Assembly (NCBI GenBank): GCA_030295235.1
Contig: AP026127.1
Coordinates: forward strand, 186,001 to 250,000
DNA length: 64,000 bases
Direction: 5' to 3'
Source of the DNA: Fistulifera solaris
Taxonomy: Eukaryota
Both the position numbers and the translations under genes were made by a program. The notes beneath the pieces are model-generated. The model was not told where the DNA came from. It was given only the letters and a program-made list of their open reading frames with translations, and did no database searches. Of this stretch, positions 48,464 through 59,393 are shown one piece after another (position 1 is the stretch's first letter; every line of letters begins with the position of its first letter).

Positions 48464-49945
48464 ATGTCAGACGCGATGCAGGACACTAGCCTCTTGTTTG
48501 GTGTGATTCCACCCTCCCTTTGCACACCAGAGCAAGTTGCTACTTGGGATGACGGGAAGGTATTGCACACGTACAAGCTACTTCGAACACCAGTAAATTG
48601 GGGAGAAATCATCCAGTACGGTAACGCCGCTATGGCTATATGGCGGGATAACGGCACCCTTACTTATATTGCCCCGTGCAATGGCGACACCCACTTTCCG
48701 GAATCAAACGAAAGCAAGCCTTCCTTGTGGTTCTACTTAAACCACCTCAAGCTGGACATAACCGGTAATACAGAAAAAGATGTTGCGGAAACGGCTGCAT
48801 TCTTTCTTCAATTGGAGGAACCTACGGGGCAGACCTCTATATTGGACATAACTGGTCACACGCCTGATGATTTTGATTTCCGTGCTGTTGATGTGCAGTG
48901 CTTAGCACATATCTTTGAAGTGGCCCCATTGCGGTGTGTGCGGTTTTGTTGCTTAACACTGAGTGCCGAACAGTCTCGTGTTCTCGCAACAAGACCGCAT
49001 GCCGTGGAGTTGGCATTTTGTGGGTGTTTGTTTGATGATCATGGCGATGCATTTGTGGATGCTTTACTGAGTCGTCAGTCTTTGTTCGGTTCATTGGAAA
49101 TAGAGGACAATGATTTGCTGAGTGACAACAACCTAAAGCGACTTTTGCAAGCTGACGTGCTGAATTATTTGGGCTTACAAAGCTTGAAGAACGAACTCCT
49201 GTTTCTTCCTTTGCCGGCTCGAGTGGATTCTCTTGATTATAGGATGTCGTCAAAATCCCTGATGGAAGATGATTTTCAGCATGCATTCATTGCAGCAAAG
49301 AAGCTATCACTAGTTATTGATCATGATGGACAACAATTTCCGACTGAAGCCTTGATATCCTTTCTGCAGCGTGTGGCTGCTTTGGGTCATTTTGTTTCGC
49401 TGCGATTCTTAGTCATCATGCCAAATCGGTTCATAGCGATTCCAGTCTGTATTGCACACGAACTGATACACGCTACCCTTGCCAATCCTAACTTGGAGGT
49501 TCTTGATTTGTCGTTCTGTAACTGGGACTGGGAACCCCACTTCGAGATACTTTTCGAGGGTATCAAAGATCACAAACAACTCTGCTCTTTGCATCTATGT
49601 GCTCGCAAACCAGCGACTTCGTTCGGGTCTGACTTTTGTCATCTTCGTAAATTGCTTTCCGTTAACCGGAAAATCATTGTTTGGGATGAAAGAGAAAACC
49701 CTTTTTCAGATGGTTCGTCGATTGACGCACTCTACGAACTGAACCGCTTTTATCGTGGTTCGGCGGGACTCGTGGCCGAGTCTCCAGCGGAGCGACAGCT
49801 GCTGCTAGCGTCGGCCTTGATGGAGAACGCGGCCGACAACCTTCAGTGCTCTGCGCTTTTGTTATTTGACCACTTGGATGTGTTGTTTGATCTACTGCAG
49901 TTTGCGCACTTGAACGAACTGTTCGGAGACAATCTTCGATTGTAG
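48464..49945 (+). CDS. RNI/LRR-like family copy, intact
   Basis: Uninterrupted ORF: CTPEQVATW, IWRDNGTLTYIAP, FDDHGDAFVDALLSRQSLFGSL, LGHFVSL, LYELNRFYRGSA. Confidence 0.85.
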   Translation: MSDAMQDTSLLFGVIPPSLCTPEQVATWDDGKVLHTYKLLRTPVNWGEIIQYGNAAMAIWRDNGTLTYIAPCNGDTHFPESNESKPSLWFYLNHLKLDITGNTEKDVAETAAFFLQLEEPTGQTSILDITGHTPDDFDFRAVDVQCLAHIFEVAPLRCVRFCCLTLSAEQSRVLATRPHAVELAFCGCLFDDHGDAFVDALLSRQSLFGSLEIEDNDLLSDNNLKRLLQADVLNYLGLQSLKNELLFLPLPARVDSLDYRMSSKSLMEDDFQHAFIAAKKLSLVIDHDGQQFPTEALISFLQRVAALGHFVSLRFLVIMPNRFIAIPVCIAHELIHATLANPNLEVLDLSFCNWDWEPHFEILFEGIKDHKQLCSLHLCARKPATSFGSDFCHLRKLLSVNRKIIVWDERENPFSDGSSIDALYELNRFYRGSAGLVAESPAERQLLLASALMENAADNLQCSALLLFDHLDVLFDLLQFAHLNELFGDNLRL

Positions 49946-50351
49946 CGTGATTCTTTCGAAATCAGTAAACTGACTACACTAAGGTGCATTTACATATAGT
50001 TTACTTGAATTAGGCTAGCTAGCTGTTCTTAGCTATCTGATATAGAGGGGAAAGAAACCGTACAAACCTTTAGCTAAGGTTTTGCAAACATCCGAAACCG
50101 CTTCGACTTCGGCGACAAAAATGGCTCGACGGACCGGTATACGTTATAATAGATACGGATATTCATTGACGTTTCGTTTCTATGAGTATGGTCCTGTGCA
50201 CGCGCTCTAAAAGCATTTTCGTTTTGTTTTGCCTTTATTACTACGAAAAATATCATTTGATTATTGCTGTCTGTTATTTCGTATGACGGTCTTGCCTTTC
50301 TGTGTGCTAACAAGCAAGCAAGCAAGCAAGCAAAGAAACAAGCAAGCCGCA

Positions 50352-51295
50352 ATGTTATCTCGCGCTCAAACCCGTATTCTGAGCCGCACGAGAATGCTCT
50401 CAACATCCTCATTACGTCACTCTCTCGTCGTTCCTGTCGAACTCGTCAGTGACACCATGTGACCCAACGGTACGCATTTGTACATTGAAGCTTTCTCTTT
50501 CTCTCCTGTTTTCGTGATCTCACTTTCCATTCTGTTGTATCAGGCTACATCGGCAAGAAGCACTTGCAAACCGCCATTCAAACCGTCTTGGATGCACCTC
50601 TCCATCCGGACCGCCCTTTGGCGTTTGCCGTCCTCCGCGTCCCCTTCTTTCTCGAACCACAGTACGATGAAACCAAGCCTTTCATTGAAACAAATCGCGA
50701 ACGCCTCCTCACCAAATGGGGAGCACAATGGCCCCGGCAAAAGCAAACACACAACCTCAAAGGCCGCGGCATCCAAGCCGGGATACCGCATTTCAATTTA
50801 GATCGCTTGGCCTCCAATACCATGGCGTCGCATCGGTTGATTCAATATTTGGGAAAGACGTACGGATTGGATGTTTCCGAAGCGATTTATGATGTTTTGA
50901 ATGTGTATTATTTCGTCGATGGACATTCGTTGAACGATCATCCGCGTCTGGCTCAAGTCGTTGCCGACGCCTTGTCGAATTTATTTGCAAAACGCGCCAT
51001 GCCAGCTCCTACATCAAAAGAATTGCTGGATTTCTTGTCGAGTCAACAGGGCCGCAAAGAAATTCAGGCGGCAACGGCAGCTTTGCAGCAACTGGGAATT
51101 CATAGCATTCCCAAATTCATCATTGAAGGGCAAACGGTGGTGGATGGTGCCGCTTTACCGGATGTCTTTGTACAAGTCTTTCGAGAAATAGAAGAGCGAG
51201 GAACAATAGCGGGAGGTCCCTTGTTTCGAGAAATCTTGGGTGTCTCGACCGAGACCATTGCCCGGGCCAGTCATCATCGTCAATGTGATGTCTAG
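50352..51295 (+). CDS. DsbA/FrnE-like thioredoxin-fold selenoprotein (UGA=Sec at 50460-50462), intron 50470-50543, mitochondrial-type presequence
   Basis: The spliced frame gives VELVSDTM-U-PNG|YIGKKHLQTA, matching FrnE SDxxCPWCYIGKRRL. Other motifs: PFFLEP, NTMASHRLI, GIHSIPKFIIEG...VDGA. A SECIS-like hairpin lies downstream. Confidence 0.85.
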
Positions 51296-51405
51296 TCAAA
51301 TTCGAGAAGGAGGACGAGCGACAAATGCTGCCACTTTGAATAGAATATGTGGGTGAAAAAGGACGACATTGAGATCTATAATTGGAATGGATTCCCGGCC
51401 GTAAC

Positions 51406-51475
51406 GGAGATTCTTACTGAGAATGACGAGCCCAGTTACGTCCTTCATGAACGGGTTCTGATAGTCAGACAATCC
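51406..51475 (+). promoter_or_regulatory. Eukaryotic SECIS-like element in 3' UTR
   Basis: ATGAC (51423) / TGAT (51459) core; helix II GAGCCC/GGGTTC + GTT/AAC + CGT/ATG; loop CCTTC; helix I CTGA/TCAG and GATT/AATC. Confidence 0.75.
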
Positions 51476-51944
51476 AACGTTGCTGTCGGGTCGATGTTTT
51501 GTCCATAAAAGCTAGATAGAAAAGATATGGAATAATAACTTTGTTAAGTTGAATGCGTTTTGATTTGAATTACCAGCACCTATATTATTAAGCCGAGCAC
51601 GAATCACTTTAGTCCCGTTCGGAAATTCGGCCGAGTACTGTTGGACCTATACTATCAAAAGAACGGTCGTCTGTACGTACGTACCTACGAAAGGCGGAGG
51701 AGAAAATTCGGGCGCGAGATTCAACTGCAACGAACGTCAATCGGAATAGTGAATCATCAACAAGGAGTCAATCCTATTGATGTCATTGATGATAGAGAGA
51801 TTCATCACACGAAATAGAAGCGTGTTGTGGGTGAAAGTTTAATTCGACAACGAGCTTTTGTTGTAGAAAAGCAAACGAGAGAGAGCTCCTAAACTCGTTC
51901 GAAATCGCCTCAGACGCACACTTATTCGCACTTTTATACGAGTA

Positions 51945-54900
51945 TTGATTGCACTAACATGCCTTCCCGCAAACGATCACCCTCTTTTGTGGAAGAATCG
52001 AAAGAAGAAGAAACTCCGGCACAACGACTCCTGGCGGCCCTTTTATGGCAGCACTTTCAACGCACAGGTAAGTGAAAATACCCGTCTTACTGCTCAAAAC
52101 ATTACGAAACGAAACACTGATCATTGCTTAGGTCAATCGGCATTGCATACGGCAATTGCGACGGGAGATTTGGCCTTGGCGGCGGCGTTGCTGGAACGAT
52201 GTCCAACGAAGGAGATTCTGATGACACCCGATGCCGAATCGTTGTATACACCTTTGCACGAAGCGATTTATCAACGGCAGTTGAGTTTTGTGTTGCTGCT
52301 CTTACGGACGCCCTCAAAACTACGACGACCCATGGCATTGTTGCAAAATGATGAAACGAATGATTTGCAGTTTATGACAATGGCGGTGGATGCCGAAGGG
52401 CTCACGCCGGCTTGTCTACTCAAACAACTGCAACGCACCGAATTGCAAGCATGTCGTCAACAATTACTGTACGAACCGCGGATTGTAGGATCCTCTGTAT
52501 TGGGAGGACGACAATTTCGGAGTTCCAGTTTTGATTCGTTACAGGCGGAACAGGATGAATTGCATGAACTGGGACAACATTTAGACGCCTTGCGAACGCA
52601 TGATGAAGAAGAAGACGAGCCTATGGCAAGGTACGGATGTGAAGTGCTGACATTCGGAAGAGCCCATCATTGTGCTTTGGGTACAGACTCGTCGGTCGAT
52701 GGTCGTCCTCAACGAGTTCAGTACTTTGCACAAGATTGTGTGGAGCATCACGGAGGAGCGGTGGGTGTGAGTGGTGCTCCTCATCACACGGTGGTGGTTA
52801 CGGCGTCGGGGCAGTTGTATGCCTTTGGCTTGGGCAAAGGAGGACGTCTGGGAACCGGAGATGAAGCACCATGTTCCGTTCCCACGCGTGTCATGGGAGC
52901 CTTGTCGCAACGACATGTCATAGCCGCGGCGGCCGCCGACAATCATACCGTGGCGGTGTGTCGGGATGGGAGTGTCTTTGCGTGGGGCTCGAGCCGATTC
53001 GGACAAATTGGTTCCGGCGGCGATAGTAGTCCGCGTTGTTCACCACGGCGTGTGGATGATTTGAAAGGAATCGTGTGTGTCAGTGTAGCAGCAGGTGAGA
53101 AGCATTCGGTGGCGTTGTCACAGCGTGGGGAAGTCTATGTATGGGGTGATAATACCAACGGTCAATTGGGGATCAGCCGTCGGAACGGCACGCATCGTGT
53201 GCAACGCGTTGAGGCTTTATGGAATTCCAAGAAGATTGCAATTTCAATTGCCGCGTCGTCTCATGCTACACTAGTCTTGACGAAACCAACCGGGACGAAT
53301 CTTCCTGTCAATACAGTGTTTTCGTGGGGACACGGCAGTCACGTTCCTAGCAAGGTGCATTTCGAGCAATGCAACGAGAGTCGCGCCAAAATGGTACAGC
53401 CGGTAGCCATTGCCTGCGCGCGCTATCACAATGTTGTGATCACGGCGGATGGTCTTGTTTATACATGGGGACTACACGCCGACCCCTTGGGCAAGCGGTC
53501 GAATTCACACACAACACAGCCTAGTCTCGTCACTGGGATGTTACCACGGAACGGCGGAGGCGTGGCGGTAGCCGTGTCAGCGTCCGAGAATCATACGGCC
53601 ATTGTTACCGATACGGGTGAGCTGTTTACATGGGGTGCAACGTATGGCAAGAATATTCTTGGTCACGAAGGTGTCAACTGGCAACCGGATCCGAAGCGCG
53701 TGCCCGGCGTCTGTCGAGTGTTTGCGGTAGCGGCTGCTAAAGAGCACACAATCCTGCTCATGGGGGCATCCTTCCCAACGATCAAGCCGGTACCGACTCT
53801 TGGCTCTCTTGGAAGTGTAGCCGCTAGGCGGCTTGCGGAGCACGTTGATTTGTTCAATGTTCTACCAGTTTTGATTGTTGCCAATCGGATTCAGGATGAA
53901 TATCTCCGCGATTATTGCTTGAAATTTATTCATCGAAATTTAGATGGAGTCTTAAATGTTTGCCAAAAGCGGGTTGCAGATCAGTATCTTACGGAAGAAC
54001 TACATGGCGCTTCCATTGAATTTTGTGACGAAGGATCTTTTCACCCCTTGCTGCTTTCAACGCTGGTTGGTTTTCAGGTAAAGGAAACACGCTCTGTACG
54101 ACAGGATTTGCTTTCTCAAACAGACGAATGGCTCGATTATTGCAACAAATTGCTGAGCACCAATCCATATGCGGCCCGAATTGTTGCGAAATACGAGGTC
54201 ACGAAACAAACTAAAGGTATCCTACAGAGAGCACAACTACAAATGGTAAACGAGGAACGTTCTTCGGCTTCTGAAAGGTGCCTTGAGCTCGTCAACAAGA
54301 TGGATCTATCCACTAAATCACAAGCGGAAGTTACCATGAGTTCTTTATCACGAGAAGCGCGACTGATCAAAAAGCGTCTCGGTCAGATAGCCAAACTAGA
54401 GATGAAAAACAGTTCTCTGACAGAGGAAGAGCGAGAGAAGGTATCACGAAAGCTACAGCTGGAGTCGGACCTCCTAGCTGTGGAGCCTGCTATGGAAACC
54501 GTTCGTCTCACTCTTGAACGCATGATAATTGAGCAGCAACGAGAGGAAGCAGCGAAGGTAGAGAAAACAGTGCGAAGAAGTTGTCGCAACTATTCAATTA
54601 GAGGCTCCGGTGAAATCAGCGACCAGCTATAGATGCGAAATATGCCAGATCAACTGCTCGGATGTCATAAACTATGAACTACATTTGAACGGTCGAAAGC
54701 ATCGAAACAAAGTAGCACAGAAAGCGGAGGACGAACAAAGAGAAACTGCAGAAGCTGTCATGAAACAGAGTTTGATCCAGAAAGTACGAGATCCGATAAT
54801 TAACCAGCCTGTTATTGAGCCCCCTCGACGAGGACCTCCAGATTCTTGGAACTCGAAGAAATCAAACTCTTTGCCGAAGTTCAACTTACCTCCTCCGCCG

Positions 54901-55496
54901 CACGCTGTACTGAACACGATCACACCATTGAATTCCCAGCTCGGTCCTAGTGCGACTTCTCCATCAAAATCGTCTCCATCACTTCGCGATATCATGGCGG
55001 AAGAGCAAAAATTGCTGCTAAGAAGGCACCGCCTGCTGCAAGAATGAAACCGCCCAAGAAATTACCCGATTTCCAGCCGCCGTGGGCCTCAGCTCCTGTC
55101 GTTCAAGTTCAACCACCCCGAATGATTGCTGCTGCTTCGACTTCCAGTCCGTATTCTCTAGGTGACTTTTTGACACCCACCAAGCCCACACAAACGACTA
55201 AGCCTTCAACTTGGGTTTCTCCTAACCCCATGTCAGTAAAGTCGGATGCATGCGTCCGATTTCGAGACATACAGCAGCAAGAAGAGGCACTGAAAGCAAA
55301 TGCAGTTCAGACGTTTGGTTCAGCTGGGAAATGGTTTGTGCAGCACCGTGATCGAGCTGGGTCCTTTCGTGAGATTGAAGAAGCTGAAGCGAGGGAAAAG
55401 GAGCACCGTCAACTGGTCGAAGAGCAACTCGAAATAGAACGGCAGATCAAAGACGAGCAACTACGACTGCAAAAAAAAGAAACAAGTCGACGGTAG
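51945..55496 (+). CDS. Ankyrin + RCC1-repeat + BACK-like + U1-type C2H2 zinc-finger protein (IBTK-like architecture); frameshifts near 54600 and 55030; start uncertain
   Basis: GQSALHTAI and ESLYTPLHEAIY ankyrins; multiple RCC1 repeats (GQLYAFGLGKGGRLGTG, VFAWGSSRFGQIG, VYVWGDNTNGQLG); LRDYCLKFIHRNLD; CEICQINC...HLNGRKH; SLRDIMAEE and FRDIQQQE motifs. Confidence 0.85.
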
Positions 55497-55791
55497 GAGA
55501 CGAGGAAAAAGAAGCGTCAAAATCGACGAAAGGCAATCAGAAGCAGAAAAAATGAATGTTGAATACTGTGTATGTATGTAAACTTGTACAGTAAAAAGGA
55601 CGTCGTTCTTAATTTTAGAAATCTCGACTATAACTATCGGTTATTTTTCGGCATTCGCGTCCCCTTTCACTAGCCGAATCTTTTCCACGACTGACAACTA
55701 GGTACCTTCATCCCGGAAAAGTCACAAGACAACTATTCTCGCTCCTTACTCTATACTTCGGAAACGTGACTAACTCGCCGTCCCTTCTTGA

Positions 55792-56907
55792 TCATCTTAC
55801 GTCCCAATTGTAGACGGGTGAGCTACCAAAACGATCTTTGAGAATTTCTAATGCGCCTGGAATCTCAGTAAAGGACTTTTGACATTCCATAAGAATTTTC
55901 ACAACTTCAGAAGGATGACCGGGGGTGAAGTCGGAGGGTGGGAACATCGTTAGGGGCATTGGATTGATGAAAGCAGGGAGCATCGAAGGATTTCGAAGAT
56001 GAATGGCATCAAACAACTCGTGGATCTGTTCTCTTTGACGATCAATGTTGATATCTTTACGGGTAAGCATTCCTTCGATCAGAGATTGAACTTCTTTAAT
56101 ACGCTGACCAGATTTTCCTTCGAGTGCTACTTTCACACAATGCACAGCAGAGTCGTGGGCCGCGACAATCCGGAGCTTGATTATAACAAAAGCTACCAGA
56201 AAGGGCAAAACCAATGATTGCATATCTCGACCTGCAATCAATGGGAGCGGATCCAAATATCTGCAATCTTTTTCGCGAGGATAGATCCAGTCACCTTCTC
56301 TACTGTGAAGGTGCCTCTCGAAAATCGTCTCTGGATTCGAATCCACAACTTCATTGATCTTCAGCCAGTACTGACAGAACGAAAAAGCATCATCATCACG
56401 ATTGAGAGCGATTAAAAGGAACGGCACTTGGTAACGAGCCCCCATTTGGTCGTTTGCACCCAATCGCATATGCTCCAAGAAGAGATCAAGTACTTTCTCC
56501 CAAACTTGTTTAACGTTGCTATCGAAGGCAGCACCCCAGAACGCAGTGGCCGCATCGTACGTCGTTTCCATATAAGTTTGTGCTTCCGGTAAGTTCCAGA
56601 AAAGTCCAGCATTCGTCACAAACAGATCTTCGAAGGGCGCGGAACTGAGAAAGAGGAGCTCCTCTTGTCGAACCTTTTTATTAATATCCGCAATGGCCTT
56701 ACACACCTCACGATGCATAGTAACGTAATGCTTCTTTTGACAGGTTGCGCTGCAGTACCAGGCAACATGACAGCGTGAACATCGTTAAATTTTCGTCGGT
56801 CGAATACTGCACAGTAAGCAAACGGGCTCTTTCAGTAAAAATGTATTTTTGCCTTCGTACATGGGAGCTTTATCGGCCTTTTCCTCTGCTTCAACCCAAT
56901 GAGACAT
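55792..56907 (-). pseudogene. MYND zinc-finger protein with in-frame TAA inside the finger
   Basis: PMYEGK...CLLC...KI*RCSRCHVAWYCSATCQKKHYVTMHREVC continues in frame into the 308-aa ORF; TAA at 56785-56787. Confidence 0.7.
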
Positions 56908-57288
56908 CTTCGTTCTTCTTTCGTAATAGGAGTGGCTCTTCAAAGGTATCTGAATGGTTTTCGGTAAAATAATACTCCGAGTAAAGCATAACGATGTTGA
57001 ATAACCCGTGAGTAAACGAGTCATGAACCAACGGGAAAGTCTCGTTTACACGAGTTCTACTATAGGGAATTGAGTAGCGAACAGCGATCAAACTATTCTC
57101 CGAAACTCGTTCCCGATATGGCTAACTGCAGTGGAAAAGCATCCAAATATACTGACAAGACCTATACAGCTGACGTTGCCATTTTATTACGGAGTATCTT
57201 ACATGTTGAAATGCGACATCTTTGAAGTGAAAAGATCACGAACAATAGAATACGATAGCCTTATAAGATTAGCATCTAGTTTTATCAC

Positions 57289-57357
57289 CAGCAATCCGTT
57301 TGCAGCAATCCGTTTGCACACAACTCTGATCCGTTCAGGCCTCTGATCCGTTCAGCC
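57289..57357. repeat. Paired tandem duplications (14 nt x2 and 17 nt x2) sharing ATCCGTT
   Basis: CAGCAATCCGTTTG x2, then CTCTGATCCGTTCAG(G/C)C x2. Confidence 0.85.
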
Positions 57358-57702
57358 CAATCCTCCGACGGTCCCGACATCGGTGGATTTCAACATAACG
57401 AGATGAACGAACAACAATAAGATCTCGTGCAAGAGAAGCGAGCGATGGACAGACGCCAGTTACTGCTAACTGCTACATCGAAATCTTTTTTTATTTTCGG
57501 CTTTCCCACAAAGCATCAGCTTATGCCAATCTAGAATAATGAATAACTATTTAATCTTTGAAAGAAGAGTTTTAAGCTTCAAACAAGGGGTCCAGCTTTT
57601 GCGCTCAGCCCAACATGGAAAGCGTTAGCAACTTTCACATCTTCCTAGAAAGAAGGATCCGGTTGAATACTTATGCGTATCGTCAACCTTGTTCGCGAGA
57701 AC

Positions 57703-58404
57703 TTAAGAGCTGTGATTATCGATCATGTTGTCGGTACCCAAGTTTTCCTCTAATAGCTGTATCAAGCTTTTCACAACAGTCAACGAAGTGGATACTTCTC
57801 GCGAAAAGTCGCCTGTCAACTCTCCGACCTCCAGTTCCCGAAGAAGTTCAACAGCAGACTCAATTCGGCGTGTTTCAAGAACAACTTTTTTCATCGGCGG
57901 CGCCGGTTTGAATTTCAATTAGTGGTCCAAAAAGTTCTGTAATCGTTGTCGACTTTCTTCTAACCGATGCTTCTGGCCCTGTGGCCAAGTCACTTGATGG
58001 GAAAGGACCAGCGATCGCACATCATGCTTCCATGCGTTGCTGATGGTACTCGGAGGGGCGACACCGTACTGTGAGCTGACGTAGTAGAAGTATAAAAGGC
58101 TCTTTTCGCTGCCCTTTGTACAGCGTCTGCGATAAATACCGATTTCATTTGGCGGCGCAGTGTCTACATTTGCCGTGGCAGGATCATACTTTATCTCCTT
58201 GTTCACTAATCCAGGGGTAAGAAGCAGTGCTTGCGTATCGGATAAATGAAAAGTTTTGGTGAGAATGGTCGCAATATCATCAGCCGTGTACCATCCATCA
58301 CAAAACTCCGGCAAATGACGGATGCACCCAATAGCATGTACAACAGGCGACACGGGTGGAAGCGACTCAGTTGCCTTCTGGGATGATCGTGTATTTATAT
58401 GCAT
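57703..58404 (-). pseudogene. Unidentified degraded coding relic
   Basis: ORFs 57919-58509 and 57703-57918 are in the same frame, separated by one TAA; no family recognised. Confidence 0.35.
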
Positions 58405-58624
58405 GTTGCTTGAAATTTTTACCAGGCGACTTTGTAAAAAAATCCGATTGTGACTATTGAAATTTGAGGTTAAAACAAATGATTGTCGGTACACCAAAAC
58501 CGGTGCCACAAGACCTCAGCTTGTACGAAAACCATTTCCCAATCCTGTAAATGGATCGGTTGAAAATGACAACTGTCCGCACGCCTGTACCCCTGACTCT
58601 CTAGCCCAAAGCGTTCCTCGTTAT

Positions 58625-58835
58625 TCATGACATATCCCAATTGTAGACCGGCGAGCTACCATATCGTTCTTTGAGCATCTCGACTGCGCCTGGGATATGA
58701 TGAAAGCAAATAAAACAGTCTATCAGAATCCTCCATGCTTCGGTGGGGTGACCCGGTGCGGAGCGCGGGGGCGGAGGCTGCTTCATACAAATGGACTCGT
58801 CCAGAAATTCGGATTTTTGCCTTCGTACATGGGCG
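58625..58835 (-). pseudogene. Internally deleted third MYND-family copy
   Basis: CCCATGTACGAAGGCAAAAAT (PMYEGKN, family N-terminus) is joined within about 50 nt to the C-terminal PGHPTE...IPGAVEMLKERYGSSPVYNWDMS. Confidence 0.75.
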
Positions 58836-59393
58836 ATTGATCGGTCGGTCTTATCGTTGGAATCCGACGAGCTGTCTTCATGTTTCTTTCTTCCTTTCGA
58901 ATTAAATATTTTACTTCTCACTTTCTTGTGTCCTGTTGAGTGAACATTGTTTGCTGTAATAAGATCGTCGCCCCATGAGCGTCGCCCCGTCGCCCTGCGT
59001 CGCCATTCGCCATGGTCGTTCGTCGCGATCTTTGCCGCTGACATAAAAACGCCAGATCGTTGCCAACGGGGATATATAAATAAGTACCAAACGTAAAGCT
59101 TCCGTTGTATGTTACATTGGTAAAGTCTCTGCACCGTTACGACACCCGTCACATAAGCGGAATTGCGTCACACTGTCACAAGTCGTCACAACGTCCACAA
59201 CCGAGGAATAACACGCCTCCACCACAACATCAACATCGTCAGCGACCCCACCACTTTCACAAAAGTAACATCACGACAAGACCATGAACGACAGCACAGT
59301 ACCAGGTAGTTCATAGTTCTGTCATAATGCTCCGAACAGAAAGGAATATTCATTGCGATTGAATTTAAGTAGCGGAAACGATCGGCTTCACAA

